NCBI GenBank assembly: GCA_017436955.1
Contig: JAFSCD010000012.1
Coordinates: forward strand, 51,993-115,992
Source of the DNA: Oscillospiraceae bacterium
Lineage (GTDB): Bacteria > Bacillota > Clostridia > Oscillospirales > Oscillospiraceae
Direction of reading: 5' to 3'
Length of the DNA: 64,000 bases
Each line of letters starts with the position of its first letter. Within the stretch, counting starts at the first letter, position 1. Below, one piece after another: positions 29,557 to 38,151 of this stretch. The notes below the pieces were generated by a model. That model was not told where the DNA came from, did no database searches, and worked only from the letters and a program-made list of their open reading frames with translations. Position numbers and translations under genes: made by a program.

Positions 29557-30483
29557 ATGGATAAGGTAATTTCTATCATCCAGACGGCGCTGCCGGTGTT
29601 TTTGGCGCTTTTTCTGGGAATGCTGTGCCGCAGCCGGAACTTTTTGACCCGCAGCGGCGTGGACACCTTAAAAAAGGTCGTCATCAACATCACTCTGCCT
29701 GCGGTGCTGGTAAATGCCTTTGCTACAGCCGAGTATTCGATGGCGGCGCTGATCCTGCCGGCGGTTATGTTCGGTCTGTGCTGTGTGGCGTTGGCTCTGG
29801 GAAAGCTCATCATCCGTATCAGCGGTATGAAGAGCCGGCTTGCGCCCTTCCTTGCCACCGGTTTCGAGGCGGGGATGTTGGGCTATGCGCTGTTTAGCCT
29901 GCTGTTCCCCGGCGAAAGTCTTTCCGCCTTTGCGCTGCCGGATATCGGACAGACACTATTTGTGTTTACACTGTTCAAGATCCTCATTTCCGGCAAAACG
30001 GATTGGAAGTCCATCGGTCGGGATATGGCGACCACCCTCATTTTGTGGGCGGTGCTCATCGGCGTGCTCATCGGCGCTACGGGCTTGTACGGTAAGCTGC
30101 AGGCTTGGGGCGTTGCCGGGATCTTGGATTCCGCAACAGATTTTGTAAGCGCGCCCACCGGTATGATCATCCTGCTGACCGTGGGTTATGATCTGGTCAT
30201 CAAGGAGATCCCCTGGCGGAAAACTGCCGGGCTGATGGGTATGCGGCTGGTAATTGCGGCGATTTTGTTTGGCATCGTGGTGCTGCTGAACAAGACGGTG
30301 CTGAATGATATGTTCTTCACCGGCGCGGCAATGCTGATGTTCATTCTGCCGCCGCCTTACGTGATCCCCGTGTTCGCCGACGAGCCGGAGGAGCGGGTAC
30401 AGATCTCCGCAGCGCTGTCTGCTATGACCCTGATGACGGTGATCCTCTTCGCCGTGCTGACGGTGATCGTAGGAATGAGATAA
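29557..30483 (+). CDS. AEC (auxin efflux carrier/malate permease) family transporter
   Basis: About 10 hydrophobic segments; LPVF..LG, NITLPA, GMLGYAL. Confidence 0.7.
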   Translation: MDKVISIIQTALPVFLALFLGMLCRSRNFLTRSGVDTLKKVVINITLPAVLVNAFATAEYSMAALILPAVMFGLCCVALALGKLIIRISGMKSRLAPFLATGFEAGMLGYALFSLLFPGESLSAFALPDIGQTLFVFTLFKILISGKTDWKSIGRDMATTLILWAVLIGVLIGATGLYGKLQAWGVAGILDSATDFVSAPTGMIILLTVGYDLVIKEIPWRKTAGLMGMRLVIAAILFGIVVLLNKTVLNDMFFTGAAMLMFILPPPYVIPVFADEPEERVQISAALSAMTLMTVILFAVLTVIVGMR

Positions 30484-30521
30484 AACCCGATGAATTTGTG
30501 AAAACAGAACAACAAGAGAGA

Positions 30522-30563
30522 AAAAGCCTGCACAGACCCTTCGTGGGTGTTGTGCAGGCTTTC
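30522..30563 (+). terminator. Terminator after the AEC gene
   Basis: AAAAGCCTGCACA...TGTGCAGGCTTTCTTT. Confidence 0.65.
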
Positions 30564-30589
30564 TTTCTGCAGTTTTGGGATGGCGGAAA

Positions 30590-30642
30590 GGCTCCCTTGT
30601 GTAAAGGGAGCTGTCGCGCGAACAGCGTGACTGAGGGATTGT
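30590..30642. repeat. Family A half-repeat
   Basis: GGCTCCCTTGTGTAAAGGGAGCTG...GAGGGATTGT, joined directly to a GTAG REP. Confidence 0.75.
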
Positions 30643-30816
30643 GTAGGGTGGGGGCTTGCTCCCGCCGCTTTTTCCCAGGTTTCGTATCTGTTGCACAGCG
30701 ACACCGGACGCATTGAGCATCAAATAACGAATGGACGAATAATAAACCGCCGCACCGTAATTTTTGGTGCGGCGGTAATTATTTCTGTTGACGGCGGGAG
30801 CAAGCCCCCGCCCTAC
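30643..30816. repeat. GTAG-type REP doublet (REPIN-like)
   Basis: GTAGGGTGGGGGCTTGCTCCCGCCG (30643-30667) and its inverted copy (30792-30816, one mismatch), enclosing the hairpin ACCGCCGCACC...GGTGCGGCGGT. Confidence 0.8.
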
Positions 30817-30844
30817 ATTCCTCTATCAATTCTTCGCTACGCAA

Positions 30845-31024
30845 TTAACTCTCCTTCGTTCCTTTTCTGAAATAATGGATGAACGCAGAGTAGATCAGAA
30901 CAAAAACGAGAGAGGAAATTATCATTTTGGCAAGATGTACACTTTCACCGAATATCCAATTGCACGCCAACGAAACAGCAAAAAGGCCTATGAACATAAG
31001 TGCAAAAAATAAGATTTTCTTCAT
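30845..31024 (-). CDS. Small (59 aa) two-TM membrane protein, AT-rich
   Basis: GGAGG RBS 7 nt upstream of ATG 31024; MKKILFFALMFIGLFAVSLACNW...LVFVLIYSAFIHYFRKGTKES. Confidence 0.6.
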   Translation of the reverse strand: MKKILFFALMFIGLFAVSLACNWIFGESVHLAKMIISSLVFVLIYSAFIHYFRKGTKES

Positions 31025-31148
31025 CAGCATACCTCCCTTGAATTTCAGCACTTAAACATTTTTGTCAAATTTCATTTTCTCGGTTTGCTTTTTAATATAT
31101 TATGATGCGAACATCTATTTTGCAAGGACAAATTCCGGTATTTGGAGT

Positions 31149-31550
31149 TTATTTCGCCGTGTCCAGGCTTTTGCCGAAAACGAAATACCGCTGGTAGAGA
31201 TATTCGGTGACGAAATTCACCAGCATAGACAGCGCCAGCACCAGATATTCATTCCAGCCGATACCCTCCAGCGCTGCACCGCCCCAGGTGGACAGCGGCG
31301 TAAATACGGCGTAGTAAGCGGCGACCTTCAGCATCGCGATGGGGACATTGGCGGCGGAATGGAAGGTGACCTTGCGGTTCAAAGTGAAATTCCACAGCAC
31401 GGACAGCACCAGTGCCGTCAGATAGCTGACCCAGTAATTCCAGTGCAGCACCTCGTTCATCAGGGTGAAGGAGGCGATCTGGATCAAGCCGGCGCTGATG
31501 GAAAACAGGGTGAACTTGACAGTGCGGATCAGTTCCTTATTCTTGCTCAT
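31149..31550 (-). CDS. GtrA family membrane protein
   Basis: KFTLFS, WNFTLNRKVTF, QRYFVF; four TM segments. Confidence 0.85.
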   Translation of the reverse strand: MSKNKELIRTVKFTLFSISAGLIQIASFTLMNEVLHWNYWVSYLTALVLSVLWNFTLNRKVTFHSAANVPIAMLKVAAYYAVFTPLSTWGGAALEGIGWNEYLVLALSMLVNFVTEYLYQRYFVFGKSLDTAK

Positions 31551-32698
31551 AATGCAGCTCCTTTTCTTGCCATTTTCAGCAGACGGAATACCTGCTCGGC
31601 GGTGTCTGCCATATTGGGGTAGGCGTTTTGGACGTCCATAGCGGCCTCAAGGCTGCAGGCAGCCTTGACGATGGGGAAAAACGCGTCGATGCCGCTTGTG
31701 TTGCACACACCGGCCTCCGGGGTAACGCAGCCGGAGAATGCGATAACGGGCTTGCTGTATTTTTTGGCGATCTTCGCGATGCCGATGGGGGCTTTGCCCA
31801 TAACCGTCTGGGCATCCAGCCGACCCTCGCCGGTGATCACCAGATCGGCGGTGCGGATGGTATCCTCAATGCGCAGCTCACCCAGGATCAGATCAATGCC
31901 GCTGTAGGGCTTGCCGCCCAGGAAGGAGAAAAACGCAAAACCGATACCGCCTGCTGCGCCTGCGCCGGGCATATTTTTGTCGGAATGGGGGAAAACGGTC
32001 TTGACTTTATCGGCATAGCTGCCAAGCCAGCCGTCCATTTTCCGGATCACTTCCGGATCGGCGCCCTTTTGCGGACCGTAGATGGCGCTGCAGCCTGATT
32101 CGCCGCACAGCGGATTGGTCACGTCGCAGGCGATGCGGAAGGTGCAGTCGCTCAGCTCCGGCAGGGCGTTTTCTGCCGTAATGGCGGCGATCTTCTCCAG
32201 ACCAGCACCGCCCAGGGCGACCTGCGCACCGGTCTCATCCAGAATCCCGAAGCCCAGTGCCTGCAGCATACCGATACCGCCATCATTGGTGGCGCTGCCG
32301 CCGATGCCCACGATGAAATCCCGGCAGCCACGGGAAATGGCGTCCGCGATGACCTGACCCACGCCGTAGGTGGTGGTTTTCATAGGATCGCGCTCTGCGG
32401 CAGACAGCAGGGTGATGCCGGCAGCGCAGGACATTTCGATGACAGCGGTCTGTCCCGGCAAAATGCCGTATTCGCAGGTAATGGGACGCCCCAGCGGATC
32501 CATAGCTTCCACGCGCTGCAATTTGCCGTTCAAAGCGGTGGTCAGGGCGATGACTGTGCCCTCGCCGCCGTCAGCAATCGGGAAGATCTCGGTTTGCGCC
32601 TGGGGATATACACGGGCGATGCCCTCTGCGGCGGCAGAACCTGCCTGCAGGGAGGTCAAGCTGCCCTTAAAAGAGTCGATTGCGATGACAATTTTCAT
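31547..32698 (-). CDS. glxK: Glycerate kinase (GlxK/GarK family)
   Basis: IDSFKGSL, ADGGEGT, GGSATNDGG, GAGAAGG, ITGEGRLDAQT. Confidence 0.93.
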   Translation of the reverse strand: MKIVIAIDSFKGSLTSLQAGSAAAEGIARVYPQAQTEIFPIADGGEGTVIALTTALNGKLQRVEAMDPLGRPITCEYGILPGQTAVIEMSCAAGITLLSAAERDPMKTTTYGVGQVIADAISRGCRDFIVGIGGSATNDGGIGMLQALGFGILDETGAQVALGGAGLEKIAAITAENALPELSDCTFRIACDVTNPLCGESGCSAIYGPQKGADPEVIRKMDGWLGSYADKVKTVFPHSDKNMPGAGAAGGIGFAFFSFLGGKPYSGIDLILGELRIEDTIRTADLVITGEGRLDAQTVMGKAPIGIAKIAKKYSKPVIAFSGCVTPEAGVCNTSGIDAFFPIVKAACSLEAAMDVQNAYPNMADTAEQVFRLLKMARKGAAL

Positions 32699-32824
32699 AA
32701 AAATGCCTCGTTTTCACAATTAATGTGTAAGAATTATACCAAATTTGCGGGGTTTTGTAAAGGGATTCTTGCAATCAGAGAAGGCTGTGGTATAATAAGG
32801 AAAACCACTTTTACGAGGCGAAAT

Positions 32825-33610
32825 ATGAAGCTTATTGACATCCACACCCATATTTATCCCACCGCCATCGCCCCAAAGGCGGCTGCCAGCATCCGGGATT
32901 TTTATCAGCTGGACACCCGGGAGATGGACGGCACAGCCCAGACCCTGCTGGAGCTGGGCACCAGGGCCGGCGTTGACCGGTTTGTGGTACTGCCGGTGGC
33001 GATGCGTCCCGACAGGACCCGGCATATCAATGATTTTATTCTGGAGCAGGTGGCTGCGCAGCCCCGGTTTATCGGCTTCGGTACCGTCCACGCCGGCATG
33101 GAGAATATCGCTGCCGAGGCGGAATATGTGATGGCGCAGGGCTTGCGCGGCATCAAAATGCACCCGGATTTCCAAACCTTCGGTATCGACGATCCCCGGC
33201 TGTTCCCGATGTACGAGGCCGTGTCCGGCAGGATCCCGGTGATGCTCCACATGGGCGACAAGCGGTATGATTATTCCCATCCTGCGCGGCTGAAGCATCT
33301 TCTGGAGCTGTTTCCGCGGCTGCAGGTCATCGCTGCCCATTTTGGCGGCTACAGCATGTACGAAACCGCCTTTGAATTGCTGAAAGATACGAATTGCGTG
33401 TTCGACGTGTCCAGCTCGCTGATGTTTATGGACGACGGCGTTGCGGAAAGGTATATCCGTGCCTTCGGCGCGGAGCGGATGGCATTCGGCACGGATTATC
33501 CGCTGTGGGATCCCGTGGTGGAGACCAACCGTTTCCTGCAACTAAAGTTGACCGACGCCGAGTTCGACCAGATCGGCCACAAGACAGCAGAACGAATTTT
33601 GCATTTATAA
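32825..33610 (+). CDS. Amidohydrolase_2 family metal-dependent hydrolase
   Basis: IDIHTHIY, GIKMHPDFQ, LHMGD, AHFGG, FGTDYP. Confidence 0.88.
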   Translation: MKLIDIHTHIYPTAIAPKAAASIRDFYQLDTREMDGTAQTLLELGTRAGVDRFVVLPVAMRPDRTRHINDFILEQVAAQPRFIGFGTVHAGMENIAAEAEYVMAQGLRGIKMHPDFQTFGIDDPRLFPMYEAVSGRIPVMLHMGDKRYDYSHPARLKHLLELFPRLQVIAAHFGGYSMYETAFELLKDTNCVFDVSSSLMFMDDGVAERYIRAFGAERMAFGTDYPLWDPVVETNRFLQLKLTDAEFDQIGHKTAERILHL

Positions 33611-33612
33611 AT

Positions 33613-33713
33613 GTAGGGGCGACCATCGGTCGTCCGTGTTTGCGGCGGGAGTAAACCCCCGCCCTACAATCGGCCATCGATGGTTGCTGTAGGGCGGGGC
33701 CTTGGTCCCGCCG
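33613..33713. repeat. Cluster of three GTAG-type REPs in alternating orientation (BIME-like)
   Basis: GTAGGGGCGACCATCGGTCGTCCG (33613-33636); CGGCGGGAGTAAACCCCCGCCCTAC (33643-33667); GTAGGGCGGGGCCTTGGTCCCGCCG (33689-33713). Confidence 0.8.
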
Positions 33714-33744
33714 TTTTAATATCGGGGAACGGAATTGAATATAC

Positions 33745-33776
33745 AAAAGCTCCTACCAAACGGTAGGAGCTTTTTG
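33745..33776. terminator. Bidirectional terminator
   Basis: AAAAGCTCCTACC-AAAC-GGTAGGAGCTTTTT between convergent genes. Confidence 0.85.
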
Positions 33777-33785
33777 TTTTGCAAA

Positions 33786-34817
33786 TTAGCCGTAGATCAG
33801 GGACTCGGCGTAACGGGTGGCGATGACGCCCTCGGGCTCGCCGGTAGCCTTGGATTCGGACAGAATGTGCTCGATGGAACCGTAGATGTTGTCCACCTTT
33901 GCCAGAACGGCGTCCTTGTTGTAAGGACCGTCAACCTCTGCCGCGGCATTGATAACGCCGCCGCCGTTGATGACGAAGTCAGGAGCGTAGAAGATGCCAC
34001 GAGCCTTCAGTGCCAGACCGGATGCATCGTCCAGGATCTGGTTGTTTGCGCCGCCGGCAACAGCCTTGCACTTCAGCTGCGGAATGGTGGTGGGATTCAG
34101 GATCGCGCCCATGGCGTTGGGGGAGAAAATGTCGCACTCCTGGGAGTAGATGGCCTCGGTGGGGACGATGGTTGCACCGAATTCGGCAACAGCTCTTGCG
34201 GCAGCTTCCTGATTGCTGCGGTTGGCGATGATCAGCTTGGCGCCGGACTCGTGCAGCAGACGGCACAGATCGTAGCCGACCTTACCCAGACCCTGCACAG
34301 CGATGGTCAGACCTTCCAGATCGTCACGACCCAGAGCCACCTTGGCGGTAGCGCGGATGCCCTGCCATACACCGCGGGCGGTGAAGGGAGAGGGGTCGCC
34401 GCTGTTCTGGGGCAGACCGCAGATGTGGTTGGTCTTGCGCAGCATGATCAGCGCATCGTCGCAGGTGGTGTTCACGTCCTCGGCGGTGATATAGTCGCCG
34501 CCCAGGTTGTTGACAGCTTCACCGAAGGCCTCGAACATAGCCTCGGTCTTTGCAGAGGGATCGGCGATGATAACGCCCTTGCCGCCGCCGTGGGGCAGAC
34601 CGGCAACTGCGTTCTTGTGGGACATACCGCGGCTCAGGCGCAGAACGTCAAACAGCGCGTCGTCGTAGGATGCGTAGGGGAACAGACGGCAGCCGCCGAT
34701 GGCAGGACCCAGATTGGTGTTGTGCACGGCGATGATGGCCTTCAGACCGGCCTTCTCGTTGTTGATGAACAGAACTTTCTCGTGGCGGTATTTGCTCATT
34801 TCGGTCATTGCATTCAT
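33786..34817 (-). CDS. Leu/Val/Phe dehydrogenase (ELFV family)
   Basis: IAVHNTNLGPAIGGCR, LSRGMSHK, GGGKGVI, TAEDV, QGLGKVG, GANNQ, PDFVINGGG. Confidence 0.92.
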   Translation of the reverse strand: MNAMTEMSKYRHEKVLFINNEKAGLKAIIAVHNTNLGPAIGGCRLFPYASYDDALFDVLRLSRGMSHKNAVAGLPHGGGKGVIIADPSAKTEAMFEAFGEAVNNLGGDYITAEDVNTTCDDALIMLRKTNHICGLPQNSGDPSPFTARGVWQGIRATAKVALGRDDLEGLTIAVQGLGKVGYDLCRLLHESGAKLIIANRSNQEAAARAVAEFGATIVPTEAIYSQECDIFSPNAMGAILNPTTIPQLKCKAVAGGANNQILDDASGLALKARGIFYAPDFVINGGGVINAAAEVDGPYNKDAVLAKVDNIYGSIEHILSESKATGEPEGVIATRYAESLIYG

Positions 34818-34852
34818 AATAATTTTCCTCCTTAAGATGATTGGGAAATGGG

Positions 34853-35392
34853 TTACACGGTATATTCTTTGCCCAGGGTCAGCGCCTTCATATTCAGCTC
34901 GACCAGGGCGGCTTTGGTGGGAGGCACCAGCTTTTCCACCACGGTAGCCGTACCCTCAAAGGACAGCTCGGGGTGATTCTGCAGCAGGTGACCCATAATG
35001 ATCATATTGGCCAGAGTGGGGATGTGCTGCTCTCTTGCCATAGCGGTTGCAGGAATGTAGAACACCTGCACGTCGGTGCGTGCCACCTGCACGCCGATCA
35101 GGGAAGAATCTACATAAACTTGTCCGCCGGGAACAACGGTATCCACATATTTCTGCAGAGAAGGCAGATTCATCGCCACCAGCACGTCGGGGCTGGTCAC
35201 GATGGGAGAGCCTACCGGCTGCTCGGAAATGATGACGTTGCAGTTGGCGGTGCCGCCGCGCATTTCCGGACCGTAGGAAGGCAGCCAGGATACCTGCAGC
35301 TCTTCCAAAAGACCCTTGTAAGCCAGGAATTTACCGGCAAACAGAATGCCCTGTCCGCCGAAGCCGGCAATCAGAATTTGCGTCGTTTTCAT
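34853..35392 (-). CDS. 2-oxoacid:ferredoxin oxidoreductase gamma subunit (Vor-type)
   Basis: [26 protein letters not shown]. Confidence 0.93.
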   Translation of the reverse strand: MKTTQILIAGFGGQGILFAGKFLAYKGLLEELQVSWLPSYGPEMRGGTANCNVIISEQPVGSPIVTSPDVLVAMNLPSLQKYVDTVVPGGQVYVDSSLIGVQVARTDVQVFYIPATAMAREQHIPTLANMIIMGHLLQNHPELSFEGTATVVEKLVPPTKAALVELNMKALTLGKEYTV

Positions 35393-36147
35393 TTGGCATC
35401 CTCCTTTGCAGCGGAGCGATCCTTATAAACGCCGATGGGGTAGTAGGGAAGCATATCGCTTTCCACCCATTCCAGCGCCTTCTGGGGAGTCATACCCCAG
35501 TTGGTGGGGCAGGCGGAAACCACTTCCACCAAGCTGAAGCCTTTGCCCTCGATCTGGTTCTGGAAGGCCTTTTTGATGGCTTTTTTGGCAGCGTTTACAT
35601 TTTTGACGTTGTTGACAGCCACACGTGCCAGATACTCGGGACCCTCCAGAGTGGACAGCATTTCGCATACCTTGATGGGCCAGCCGCAATGGTTTACATC
35701 GCGACCGTAGGGGCTGGTCTGGGTGACCTGACCGGGCAGGCTGGTGGGAGCCATCTGACCGCCGGTCATACCGTAAATGGCGTTGTTGACGAAAATTACG
35801 GTGATATTTTCATTTCTCGCGGCTGCGTGGACAGTTTCTGCCATGCCGATGGAAGCCAGGTCGCCGTCACCCTGATAGGTGAAGACCACATTCTCCGGAC
35901 GGCAGCGCTTGATGCCGGTGGCAACAGCGGGTGCGCGACCGTGAGCCGCTTCGATCATATCGCAGGCGAAATAGTCATACGCCATAACGGCGCAGCCTAC
36001 GGGAGCAACACCGATGGTCTTGCCTTCGATGCCCAGTTCGTCCATGACCTCGGCAACCAGCCGGTGGATGATGCCATGGGGACAGCCGGGACAGTAATGG
36101 AAGGGGAGGTCCGTCAGGGACTTGGGTTTTTGAAAAACAACTGCCAT
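35389..36147 (-). CDS. 2-oxoacid:ferredoxin oxidoreductase beta (TPP-binding) subunit (Vor-type)
   Basis: [18 protein letters not shown]...NN TPP motif, YGMTGGQ, CPTNW. Confidence 0.94.
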   Translation of the reverse strand: MAVVFQKPKSLTDLPFHYCPGCPHGIIHRLVAEVMDELGIEGKTIGVAPVGCAVMAYDYFACDMIEAAHGRAPAVATGIKRCRPENVVFTYQGDGDLASIGMAETVHAAARNENITVIFVNNAIYGMTGGQMAPTSLPGQVTQTSPYGRDVNHCGWPIKVCEMLSTLEGPEYLARVAVNNVKNVNAAKKAIKKAFQNQIEGKGFSLVEVVSACPTNWGMTPQKALEWVESDMLPYYPIGVYKDRSAAKEDAK

Positions 36148-36149
36148 GA

Positions 36150-37211
36150 TCAGAACACTCCTTTCTCGGCGTTACGGATGCTTTCCAGCACCTCGTCGGG
36201 GCTGGGGATCATACCGCCGCAGCGGTTGCACAGCGCTACGGGGCGCTTACATTCGGTTGCCAGGCGCACATCCTCGATCATCTGACCCATACTCAGCTCT
36301 ACACTGACGAAGCCCTTGACCTGATCGGCAGCCTTATTCAGCACAGCCTTGGGGAAGGGCCACAAAGTGATGGGACGGATCAGACCTACCTTGATGCCCT
36401 CCTGCCGTGCGGCAACGATGGCATTCTTGGCGACACGGGAAGCGATACCGAAGGCGACGACGCAGATATCTGCATCCTCCATCATATATTCTTCCCACAT
36501 TGCCTCGGTCTGTTCAATGTGCTTATAGCGCTCGTAGCGCTGGAAATTGGTAACCTCCAGAGCCTCGGGCTTTAAGTACAAGGAATTGACGACGTTGTGC
36601 TTGCGCTCGCCGTTGGTGCCGGTCAGCGCCCAGGGCTTTTCGTAGGTTTCGATCTCGGCATCCTCGAAAGAGATGGGCTCCATCATCTGACCGATGGTGC
36701 CGTCTGCCAGGATCATAGCGGTCATCCGGTATTTGTCTGCCAGATTAAAGCCCTTGATGGTCAGGCTAGCCATTTCCTGCACGGAGGCGGGTGCCAGCAC
36801 GATCATCCGGTAGTCGCCGTGACCGCCGCCCTTGGTAGCCTGGAAATAATCGGACTGGGAGGGTTGAATACCGCCCAAGCCGGGACCGCCGCGCTGGACA
36901 TTGACCACCAGCGCCGGTACGTCAGAGCCGGCAATATAGCTTAAGCCCTCTGCCTTCAGGGAGATTCCGGGGCTGGAGGAGGAGGTCATAACACGCATAC
37001 CGGCAGCGGCAGCGCCGTAGACCATATTGATGGAAGCGATCTCGCTTTCTGCCTGCAGGAAAACGCCGCCAATCTTGGGCATTTTCTTTGCCATATAGGC
37101 AGCAATTTCTGTTTGGGGGGTGATGGGGTAGCCGAAGTAATGGCGGCAGCCGGCACGGATGGCGGCTTCAGCGATGGCTTCGTTGCCCTTCATAAGAATT
37201 CTCTGCGCCAT
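36150..37211 (-). CDS. 2-oxoisovalerate-type 2-oxoacid:ferredoxin oxidoreductase alpha subunit
   Basis: [48 protein letters not shown]. Confidence 0.92.
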   Translation of the reverse strand: MAQRILMKGNEAIAEAAIRAGCRHYFGYPITPQTEIAAYMAKKMPKIGGVFLQAESEIASINMVYGAAAAGMRVMTSSSSPGISLKAEGLSYIAGSDVPALVVNVQRGGPGLGGIQPSQSDYFQATKGGGHGDYRMIVLAPASVQEMASLTIKGFNLADKYRMTAMILADGTIGQMMEPISFEDAEIETYEKPWALTGTNGERKHNVVNSLYLKPEALEVTNFQRYERYKHIEQTEAMWEEYMMEDADICVVAFGIASRVAKNAIVAARQEGIKVGLIRPITLWPFPKAVLNKAADQVKGFVSVELSMGQMIEDVRLATECKRPVALCNRCGGMIPSPDEVLESIRNAEKGVF

Positions 37212-37221
37212 ATAAGCCTCC

Positions 37222-37428
37222 TTATTTCTCAACGGTGATGATGCAGTCCGGGCACATAGTGGCACAGAATGCACAACCGATGCATTTTTCCATATCGGTC
37301 ATAACTGCAGGGGAGTAGCCCTTGCTGTTGATCTGGTCCTCGGCGATCACCAGAAGCTTTTTGGGACAGGCGGATACGCACAGGCCGCAGCCTTTGCAAA
37401 GATCCGTATTGAATGTAACTTTTGCCAT
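37222..37428 (-). CDS. 2[4Fe-4S] ferredoxin / OFOR delta subunit
   Basis: CKGCGLCVSACP and CIGCAFCATMCP. Confidence 0.93.
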   Translation of the reverse strand: MAKVTFNTDLCKGCGLCVSACPKKLLVIAEDQINSKGYSPAVMTDMEKCIGCAFCATMCPDCIITVEK

Positions 37429-37463
37429 TGGGATTCCTCCTTTTTGGGTATACGACCAGCAGC

Positions 37464-38147
37464 TTACAGCTTCTGATCGGGGAGATCGAAATATTTTTCC
37501 TGCAGCTGCAGGGGGAATACATTGGGAATGTGCTTGCTGACTGCCGGGGCAAGATCGGCACGCACGGTGGTCATAAAGACGGGCAGCCCGGTCATAGTGC
37601 TTAAGCTTTCGGCATAGCCGGTGCTTTCCAGCACGGTGCTTCCGTCGGTCAGCGGACCCAAATGGGAATTGTTGACGATGTCGGTAAATTTCAGACCGCA
37701 GGCGGCTTCGATTTCCCGCATCACATCCAGCGCATCCGCCGGAGTCTGGGTCAGCGGACGGTAGCAGTTGGCTACGAAAACCATCCGGTAGTTGTTTTCC
37801 TTTTGGATAAAGGGAACGTACCGACCCAGGGCGTAGGCGCCCCGGTCATCACCGCCGATATCCATCACGCCGAAGCTGCTGCGATCCTCCACCAGCCGGT
37901 AGGCCTCTGCCGGCAGCGCAGGCAGATCTACGTTGGAGTTGGCAAACTGGGGCGCGATCAGCTCCACGCCGGCATCCTTTAGCTGCCGGGCGCTGTCCGC
38001 GGTGCGAAAATAGGGATTGACGATATCCAGATCCGCAATACAGACCTTTTTGCCCTCTTTTGCCAGGTGCAGAGCATAATTTACAGCGATATTTGTCTTG
38101 CCGCTGCCGTAATGGCCGGCAAATAAAGTAAGACGCTTGTGGTCCAT
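37464..38147 (-). CDS. P-loop NTPase (MinD/CobQ-like), function unknown
   Basis: Walker A GHYGSGKT, DLDIVNPYFR, DIGGD. Confidence 0.8.
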   Translation of the reverse strand: MDHKRLTLFAGHYGSGKTNIAVNYALHLAKEGKKVCIADLDIVNPYFRTADSARQLKDAGVELIAPQFANSNVDLPALPAEAYRLVEDRSSFGVMDIGGDDRGAYALGRYVPFIQKENNYRMVFVANCYRPLTQTPADALDVMREIEAACGLKFTDIVNNSHLGPLTDGSTVLESTGYAESLSTMTGLPVFMTTVRADLAPAVSKHIPNVFPLQLQEKYFDLPDQKL

Positions 38148-38151
38148 AAAA

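Noticed and set aside
33786-37428. Purely catabolic (Stickland oxidative) reading of dehydrogenase plus Vor
   Set aside because: Not excluded for these genes alone. But the linked ligases are AMP-forming, no ptb/buk or CoA-transferase is present, and the adjacent leaders are starvation-induced T-boxes.
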